This document shows positions 55,966-64,000 of a DNA stretch of 64,000 bases, piece after piece. Position 1 is the stretch's first letter. Every line of letters begins with the position of its first letter. Source of the stretch: the human T2T-CHM13v2.0 reference genome, Homo sapiens; assembly GCF_009914755.1 (NCBI RefSeq), contig NC_060947.1; one strand, 5' to 3'. A program made the position numbers and the translations under genes. The notes under the pieces were generated by a model, which had not been told where the DNA came from, made no database searches, and saw nothing but the letters and a program-made list of their open reading frames with translations.

Positions 55966-57092
55966 GTACCCCTTGCCCACTTTTAAGTGAGTTTCAGTTT
56001 TCTTGCTATTGAGTTGTTTGAGCTCCTTATATATTTTTTATATTACCCCATTATCATATGTATGGCTTGCAAATATTCTCTCCCAATTAATAGATTTTCT
56101 TGGCATAGTGTTGATTGTTTCCTCTGCTGTGCAGAGCTTTTTAGTATTATGTAATCCCAGTTGCCTATGTTTTTGTGGCCTGTGCTTTTAGAGTCGAATC
56201 AAAACAAAAAAAATTATTGCCCAGATCAATGTAGTATCATTTTACTCCTATGTTTTTTTTAATACTTTTAGAGTTTCTGGTCTTTTATTTAAGTCTTTAA
56301 TAAAACTGGCTATTTAAAATCACATATCTTTTTTGCCAAATGAGTTTTATCTGTATATGCATCATATCTGTGAATGTCCTATTAAATTTCTCACTGAATT
56401 ACAAGTGGTATTGGTGTGTCAATGGAATAACTAAGGATAAAAGAAAATGTTATTTTATTTACCCATTCAATAAATATGTATTTAATGGCTATTGTATGCC
56501 AAGTTCAGTCTAAGAGATTGTTCTGGAGATAATGGCTGTTGTATTCTGTGTAAGGTAGTTGGTATTTGTCAAGAAGAGTGTTGGAGAACATTAAATGTAG
56601 AGTCCTTTGTATGAGAATGAGATGTAGTGCTTGAAGAGATGTCAGAATACACTGGGTTCCTAGAAATTACAATGAACAGATCTTGATGGAATAACCAGAT
56701 TTAACCTTTTGCACATTTTCATTAATGGATACATTCTCTTTGAGAGAGGTTAATATAGAGGTGCTTGAAAGTAAGGATTTGAAATGTCAACATTTTCCAG
56801 TTATCTCTTAGTATACAGTGATGTATTCTTAATCTTTCTAAATGCTTTTTTTGGACCAAATGAATTACCAAGTAAATCAAGAAACAATCTTTCAATACCT
56901 AACAAAACTGACATCATGAAAGAAACTAGATTTTTTTCAGCTAATGAAATAGCGTACATAAAATTTACCATAATTTTTACATTTTTTCAACATTTAAAAA
57001 TAATAAGGCATTCTAGGTTTTTAAACCATTTACAACAAATTTTTTTTTTCAATCACAAAGAAAAATCTAAAATATTCTTATAGTAAATCCAC

Positions 57093-57496
57093 TGATATAG
57101 TTTGGATATTTGTCCCCACCCAAATCTCATGTTGAACTATAATCCCCAATGTTGGAGGTGGGGCCTGGTAAGAGGAGTTTGGGTCACAACGGTGGATCCT
57201 TCATGGCTTGGTGTTATCTTCACCAAAGTGAGTGAATTCTTAGGAGATGTGGTTGTTTAAAAGTTTGTGGCATCTCCCACCACCTCTTGCTTTTGCTTAC
57301 ACTATGTGACATGCTTGCTTCCACTTTGCCTTTCACCATGAGTAAAAAGCTCCTTGAAGCTTTCCAAGAAGCCAAGCAGATACCGGTGCCATGCTTGTAC
57401 AGCTCACGAAACTGTGAGCCAATTAAACCTCTTTTTTTTAATAAATTACCCAGTCTCAGATATTCCTTTATAGCAATGCGGGAAGAGCCTAAGATA
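57093..57496 (+). mobile_element. MSTB-like solo LTR
   Basis: tgatatagtttggatatttgtccccacccaaatctcatgttgaa ... gcctaagata. Confidence 0.88.
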
Positions 57497-57499
57497 CCT

Positions 57500-58240
57500 A
57501 CATACCTTCCATCTAGATTCTATAATTATAATTTTTTCTACATTCTTTACCATATATATATCTATACTTCCATCAATTTGTCAGTTTATCTTATTTTTAC
57601 ATTACAGTTCCAAAGAAGTTACATACATCAGTAAATCTTACACCTAAACTCTTCAATATGCATATTATTTACTTGACATCCATATTTATGTTATTTTTCT
57701 TACAATATGAATGAGGTATAATTTATATGCAATAAACTACACACATTCAAGTCACACAATTTTACAAGTTTTGACATAAGTATGTATACATGTAAGAATC
57801 CAACACTTCAATCAACATACGGAAAATTTGTTTCACCCACAAAAAAATTTCTCAAATCTTTTTGAAATCCCTCCCTCTCTCTAATCCCTACATAACCACT
57901 GATCTGTTTTTTCAACAGCATGTATTATTGTTCACTTTTTAAAATTTTATATGGATGAAATAATACAGTATCTGACTACTTTTGCTCAGCATAATGCTTT
58001 TGAGATTCATCCACATTGTTATTTTATCAACTTATTTTTCCTTTTTATTGCTGAGTAGTATTTCATTGTACTCAAAAATGTTGCTGGGAAAACTGGATAT
58101 CATTATGCAGAAGAATGAAACTAGACCCCTGTCTCTCAACATATACAAAAATCAAATCAAAATTATTTCTCTCTATATTCATACTACAGTTTATTTACCA
58201 TGCTCTTGTTGATGAGCAAACTGGACTGTTTGAAGTTTGG
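57500..58240 (-). mobile_element. L1ME/MD 3' fragments
   Basis: gaggtataatttatatgcaataa, ctcagcataatgcttttgagattcatcc, ttttattgctgagtagtatt. Confidence 0.7.
58072..58163 (+). mobile_element. Short internal L1 ORF2 fragment
   Basis: aaatgttgctgggaaaactggatatc..atgcagaagaatgaaactagacccctgtctctc..catatacaaaaatcaa. Confidence 0.8.
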
Positions 58241-58401
58241 TCAATAATAAAACTGAATTTTACATTTTAAAATAACTTAAAGACTTTAATTGGATTGTTT
58301 GTAACTGAAAGGATAAATGCTTGAGGGGATAGATACCTCATTTTCCATGATGTGCTTATTTCACATTGCATGCCTGTATTAAACCATGTCATGTACCTCA
58401 T
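58240..58401 (+). mobile_element. L1MA 3'UTR fragment without tail
   Basis: aattggattgtttgtaac...ggataaatgcttgaggggatagatacc...cacattgcatgcctgtat. Confidence 0.8.
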
Positions 58402-59104
58402 GTTGGAGGCTCAGATGAATAAATCTACTGTTCTTGTATTGCCATTCTTGTACTAGACTTTTGTATTCATGTTTCATTTCCTTGGATGAATGAAATTGGG
58501 AAATAGTGTGTAAAATATAATAGTTAAAATACAATATTGATCTTATAAAAACAAAAAAAATTTATCTATCATATGTTAATAGTGTTTTTTTACAGGAACC
58601 TCTGTCACACCCTATGCCTTAGGGATTATTCAAATGTTAAACAAATGTATCATAAACAATAGCCTTTTAATTTTTCAGTCACTACAATTCTTTGGATGAA
58701 GTTACATGTGAACACAATTGTTTTATCATGAATTTTACTTAGTATATATTGGTGTCAGTATAGTTAACAGACTTATTTTCTAATAGTCTAGTGACCATCA
58801 AGCTTTTAAAATTTGAATCTAGACGAGATTGTCATAATTCTGTAATTTTTTCCTTCACATTATGGAGTAACAAATTGTTAATTGCTTTAGTGGTGAGAAC
58901 TGAAAAGCAATGAACAAGTTTAATGGTACATTTCTCTTTTTTGTCCCTCAAAATCACCAAGTATGAGATGATTTTCAGAATGTCTAGATTTTGGAATTAT
59001 CATCATTGTTGATTATTTGGTTTTGCCAATACATTTATTAACCTTTTCAGAAAACAATGTCAATGTTTTTGGTAAAACATTGGATTGATTATAAAGACCC
59101 TCAT

Positions 59105-59175
59105 AAACACACATACACATACACATACATGCACACACACAGACATGCACAGAAGCATCCATGCACATACAGAGA
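59105..59175 (+). repeat. Imperfect (CA)n
   Basis: Direct reading. Confidence 0.75.
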
Positions 59176-59914
59176 CAGATAGCATTGTAGTTAGCTAAGA
59201 TTACCGCCTTTTATAGCATTGAGGCAGCCACAGATAGCAGAAGTAAAGTATTACTTTTTTGCAATTGCCCTTGGTTCCTAAAATCTCTAAAGAAGGCATT
59301 TGATTGTGTGACATAATGCCCACCGAGGCTTATGCCCTACTTCACTGGAGTAGCTATTTTTTGTTGTATCATTCAGAAATGAAGAAAATAGCCATGATCT
59401 GAAATATTAAGAGACTTTCAGGAACTGGAACGTTTCTGTTCTCCAGCCAAACTTAGCATCAGCTAGGCTACATTCCCTAGGAAGAAGGAAGACAACAAAA
59501 TATCCAGATGCACAGTGATATTGTCCAACTAAATGTCAGGTGATATTGTCCAGAAATCCTCAAATAATATATCTCCATAATTCCAGTATTCCTGAGAACC
59601 AAGTTATCTCCCCAAATATTTGATAATAAAATAATTTAATAGCATGCTTCCTCATTGAATCTTAGGGTGACATCAAAATACTAAAATAACGTTATTTTGT
59701 AAGAGCAGAAATATCTTGATTTAGATCTCAGAACTAATATTTGCACTATGCACTACACTCAGTGAAGAAAGGCACTAAATCAAATAACAAAAATCACGTT
59801 AAGAAACTTGAGAATTATTTCATATATAAAAGCCTCATTCATAGCTCCCACTTCGAACAATTAGGTAAGTGAAAGTACTAAGGTTTGAATATTATCTCCC
59901 TTTCCATTGTATAT

Positions 59915-60890
59915 TGTGGCAGTTTTAAAAAGCAAATCCACAGTGTTGTCATTCCTCTCCTCAAGAGAGGGAGCTTAATTCCCCTCTTTTTGAGGGTGGA
60001 CTCACTTAGTAACTGTTCTAAATTTTAGAAGTGTTTGCGTGTCACTTCTGAATTTAACTTATTAAAAAAACACAGCTTGCATCTTGGGTTCATTCTCTCT
60101 CTCTCTCTCTCTCTCTCATCACTTGCCCTGGAAAGCAGACTGCCATTTATAATGAGCCCTACGGAGAGGCCATGTGGCAAGAAGCTGAGGCTGCCAGAGG
60201 GAACCTGAGGCCTGCCAGCAACCACATACATGAGTTTGGAAGTTAATTCTTCAGCTTCCTTTGAGTCTTGAGGTAGCTACAGCCTGGCCAGAACTTGACT
60301 AAACTTCATAAGGGACACTGAGCCAGAAACACCTAACTAAGCAAATTCTGGTTTTATGACCTTCAGAAATTGTGTGAAATAATAAATATTTGTTGTTTTC
60401 ATTATTCACCATAGCAAAGTCATGGAATCAACCTAGGTGCCCATCAACAGTGGATTGGATAAAAAAGGTGCACATATAACGCATGGAATACTATGCAACC
60501 ATAAAAAAGAATGAAACCACATCCTTTGCAGCAACATAGTTACAGCTATAGAGCATAATCCTAAGCAAATTAACACAGGAACAGAAAAGCAAATATTGCC
60601 TGTTCTCACTTATAAGTGGGAGCTAAACATTGGGTATACATGGACATAAAGATGGAAACAATAGATGATGAGGACTCCGAAATGGGGAAAGAACTGGAGT
60701 AACGGTTGAAAACCTACCTGTTGGGTACTATGTTCACTATTTGGGTAACAGATTCAGTAGAAGCCCAAACCCTAGCATTATGCAATGCACCCATGTAACA
60801 AACCTGCACATGTACCCACTGAATCTAAAATAAACTGTATTTGTTGTTGTAAGATGCTAAAGTTTGGGATAAGTTGTTCTGCAACAATAG
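59915..60890 (+). mobile_element. MLT1 (F-like) LTR split by an L1 3' end
   Basis: tgtggcag...gagaggccatgtggcaagaagctgagg...aataaatatttgttgtt [L1] tatttgttgttgtaagatgctaaagtttggg. Confidence 0.8.
60400..60836 (+). mobile_element. L1PB-like 5'-truncated 3' end
   Basis: ggaatcaacctaggtgccc...gttctcacttataagtgggagct...aacctgcacatgtaccc..gaatctaaaataaa; TSD tatttgttgtt. Confidence 0.88.

Positions 60891-60892
<2 letters not shown>

Positions 60893-60947
<55 letters not shown>
60893..60947 (+). repeat. Compound (GT)19(AG)8 microsatellite
   Basis: Direct reading. Confidence 0.95.
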
Positions 60948-62549
60948 TACAGAAAGACAGAAGAAAAGAATATTTTTGGCAAGTAAAACTTGCATATTAA
61001 TGAAAAGAAAGGATATTTTTGATAAAGTAAGTTCTAAAATACAATATATAAACTAATACATATATCTGTTTGGATTTAATAGATCAGAGACCATTGTAAA
61101 AACAGTGTGCCTATTGCATAAATATCCCTAATAAAAAACTCACAATTCTGTAATAAAATTATTATATATTTTAATTTTGAAAGATGTTTCAAGGCTGAAC
61201 TATCCAGATGAAAGAGGTGAAATCCACATAATTATGCTTGAAAGCATATGGTTTTAATTTTTATATTTTTGTAATTAAGTGAAGAAATTAAGGGGCATTG
61301 AAGATTTCACCTCTAAGCAGCTCACAGTTTTCCTAAGCTTGGACTAGGTGACAACTCTCTCAATCTCACTCAAAACATATTTTAGTATAAATTAAGGTTA
61401 ATCTGTGAATAGATGTCAATAACATTTTCCTATTAAATAAATACAAATACCTTGACTTTAAGATACAAAAAAACTACTTGTCATTTAGTATTTTGTATTT
61501 TTAACTTGCCAGATTTATGTCATAATATAAATGCCAGAATTTTGTCTAGGTGAAATAAGAATCATCTGAAACACATTCATTATTATTTCATCAGAATAAG
61601 CTTGAATTATGTTTTTGTATATTTCAGTAAAATTATGATGAGAAAACAAACTATAAAGGCCAAAATATTTCTATTGCTTACTCATTAAAATGTTTTTAAA
61701 GATTCAACATTTACATATTGTTTCTCTGCTTTTTCAGTTCTACCTTATAAAGCCTATAACTCTCATTACCGCAGTACTTACTCTCCCAACAATCTACTAA
61801 AAGACAGACAAAAGCCCAGGTATATCACTGTACTTGAATTTGTATTTTTATTCTGAATAAAAACAATTGACTGATACTCTTTATGTGGAAAAACCATACA
61901 TTTGATGGACAATAATTTTCCAAAACAGACTTTTTGATCTATCATGACATTAAAAGTTCAACACATTTCCATTAAGGTCTAGAGGCCCTGGTAAAAAGCA
62001 CATTAATTACATTTGCTGATGACAATAAATTTAAGCATGGATCCAATACTACTAACTACAAAGAATTATACAGACCTAGCAACTTAACAACAAGGAACAT
62101 TTTGGCAGTATTTTTAGCTGTATATTATATTTTTCTTCTTTGAAAGAGTACAGTATAATTTTACTTGACTGAAAGACACAACGATTAACTTCATCAAGTG
62201 TGTGGAAATTCATGAATTTGAGGAAATCTCTCTCTTTAGAATTTTTTTTTCACTTTCTTTTCATCCTTTCATGGATCATTTTTTTAATGCTTCTTTTACC
62301 CTATAGGTGGCTTTTAATTACTTTCCCTATTACCACTAGCAGTGCAGGAATCTTACCGAAAATATTTGTGGCTCTGTCTCAGGGTATGAGAAAATATTTG
62401 CAAATTAGACTCACATTCTTTAATGACCCTCCCATTACCTTCTTATTGAATTATAAATTGGCTCTGATTCTTTACTTTGATGCCTCACATGATCATTCTT
62501 CCTGAATTTCCATTGCAGTTTTGTTCCTTACTGTCTGTTGTTGTTTTGC

Positions 62550-63120
62550 TCATTTATTCATTCATTCATTCATGATCTATTATTATTTTCATTCTATCGA
62601 CATCTATTTATTGATTCTCATAATGTATCAGATACAGTATAAGTCAAGAAGACAAACATCGATGAATAGGGCACAATCATTACCTTTCATGGCACTTTAG
62701 CAACCATTAATCATTATTACAAACCTAATACTTTAATGTCCATTATACTTTGTGCTATAAAGGAAAACAATAGAACTAAGATTATAATGTTGTGGAAATT
62801 ATCAAATCTAAAAGGGCAGAAAAATCTTCAGCATAAAATCCATATTTAGGCAAAGCCAATTGTAAGTAATACAAATTTGCCACAAGTAAGAAGTAAAAAA
62901 AAGGGGAGAAATCTAGGCATACAAAATAACACATGAGAAAACTCTGGAAGGAACAAACTTGTTGGAAATGCTACAAATTGGTAATGTGTCTAGATCACAG
63001 CAAGTAAAGGAGAAAATAGAGATGAAGGTGAAGAGTTGGGCAATAATTGGATTGTGCAATGCTTTGTAGGACATTATAGATTTTGGATTTTATTCTAAGT
63101 ACAGGTAATTTGTGTAAGGC
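62550..63120 (-). mobile_element. L2 3' portion
   Basis: (ttca)n then catctatttattgatt...; later gatgaaggtgaagagttgggc...ttggattttattctaagt. Confidence 0.6.
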
Positions 63121-63459
63121 TAGAGCAGCGCCAAATGATCTAGCTGGTAATTCTTAGATAATTACATGTCTTTCATTGTCTGCTTTAAAGTTGTGATCTT
63201 AGGAACTTCTAGTGGCTAGGCATAAAACTAGCTAAGTATTTCTTAGAATCCAAGCTTGAGTTGGTGCCTTGGTACTCATTTCTTAGAGAACAGAGGGCAG
63301 ATATTTATTTTAAAAGCTTTAAGCGACATTGCATAATGTAAGGTTAATATAAACATTTCAGTGCTTTTTAAAGCTACCATTTATAATAGCATACATAAAT
63401 ATTGTGAATACAGTGGGGTTGTTTTGAGGCAGGTCTCATAACAATGTCAAGTATGAATA

Positions 63460-64000
63460 AGTTTTTTCAAAAATGTGTTAGACAAGTATGGAAAACTATT
63501 AAGGATTAAACAATGTAATTTTTTAAGGATATCATGTTCATGGTTTGGAAGGACCAATATTGTAAAAATGTCAAATTTTTTTTTTTATAATTTCATGTAT
63601 ACTTTCCATGAAATCCTAATTAAATTTACAAAGACCCTTTTTAGTGAAAACTGAAAAGCTAATTCTTCACTTTATATGAAAATTCGAGTGATGAAGCCTA
63701 ACAAAAAACAATGTAGGTGAAAAATGAAATCGGAAGGATTAATTCCACAGGATCCCAAGACTTATTGTAAAACCTCAGCAATTGATACAGTGTGTTCTTG
63801 GTTCAAGGACAAAAAATACACCAGTGGAATAGTATAGAGAGGCAGGAAACTTTTGGACACTTGCTATATGACAGTGGTTTATGCAGAGCATGAGGAGAGT
63901 GATATATGTCTTTTCTGTTTGTTTTTAAAATAAATGACAGTGGCTTACTTGAAAGCCTATATACAAAACGTAATAAACTTCATACCTACATCACACCATT
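63460..64000 (+). mobile_element. Old L1M ORF2 fragment (runs off window end)
   Basis: catgttcatggtttggaagg..caatattgtaaaaatgtcaa, aagctaattct, caagacttattgtaaaac, cctacatcacaccat. Confidence 0.75.

Larger units (their letters stand above)
52330..56300 (-). mobile_element. L1MA 3' portion interrupted by two THE1 insertions
   Basis: Antisense L1 3'UTR/ORF2 (ttagattccatacatg, cattcccaccaa, gtttcctctgctgtgcagagc) continues across both insertions. Confidence 0.85.

Overview
Primate (probably human/hominoid) AT-rich, gene-poor genomic DNA made mostly of transposon remnants. I can support no intact host protein-coding gene, RNA gene or CRISPR array. The ORF-track ORFs come from Alu, THE1, L1, ERV or microsatellite sequence, or look like chance ORFs. 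The main structure is an LTR nest at about 19.8-36.2 kb: an old MLT1 element contains a MER31/MER67-like ERV1 provirus, which in turn contains about eight later insertions, including a two-LTR MER84/PABL-related provirus with internally deleted gag-pol-env. Also present are a MER50 provirus (36.6-43.0 kb, minus strand), a MER11 solo LTR, two full-length THE1 elements in opposite orientation, and many Alu, L1, L2, MIR, MER5 and MER1B copies. The best leads are an orphan ZNF143/THAP11 + ETS + CCAAT motif cluster at 10.16-10.43 kb, in-frame gag-RT and RNaseH-IN deletion fusions in the MER84-like provirus, a tail-less and TSD-less L1 ORF2 fragment inside an LTR, a triplicated Alu target site, and a duplicated tRNA-His primer-binding site. 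None is demonstrably a new biological system. Repeat family names are from recall of consensus sequences, not a database search, so subfamily calls are tentative.
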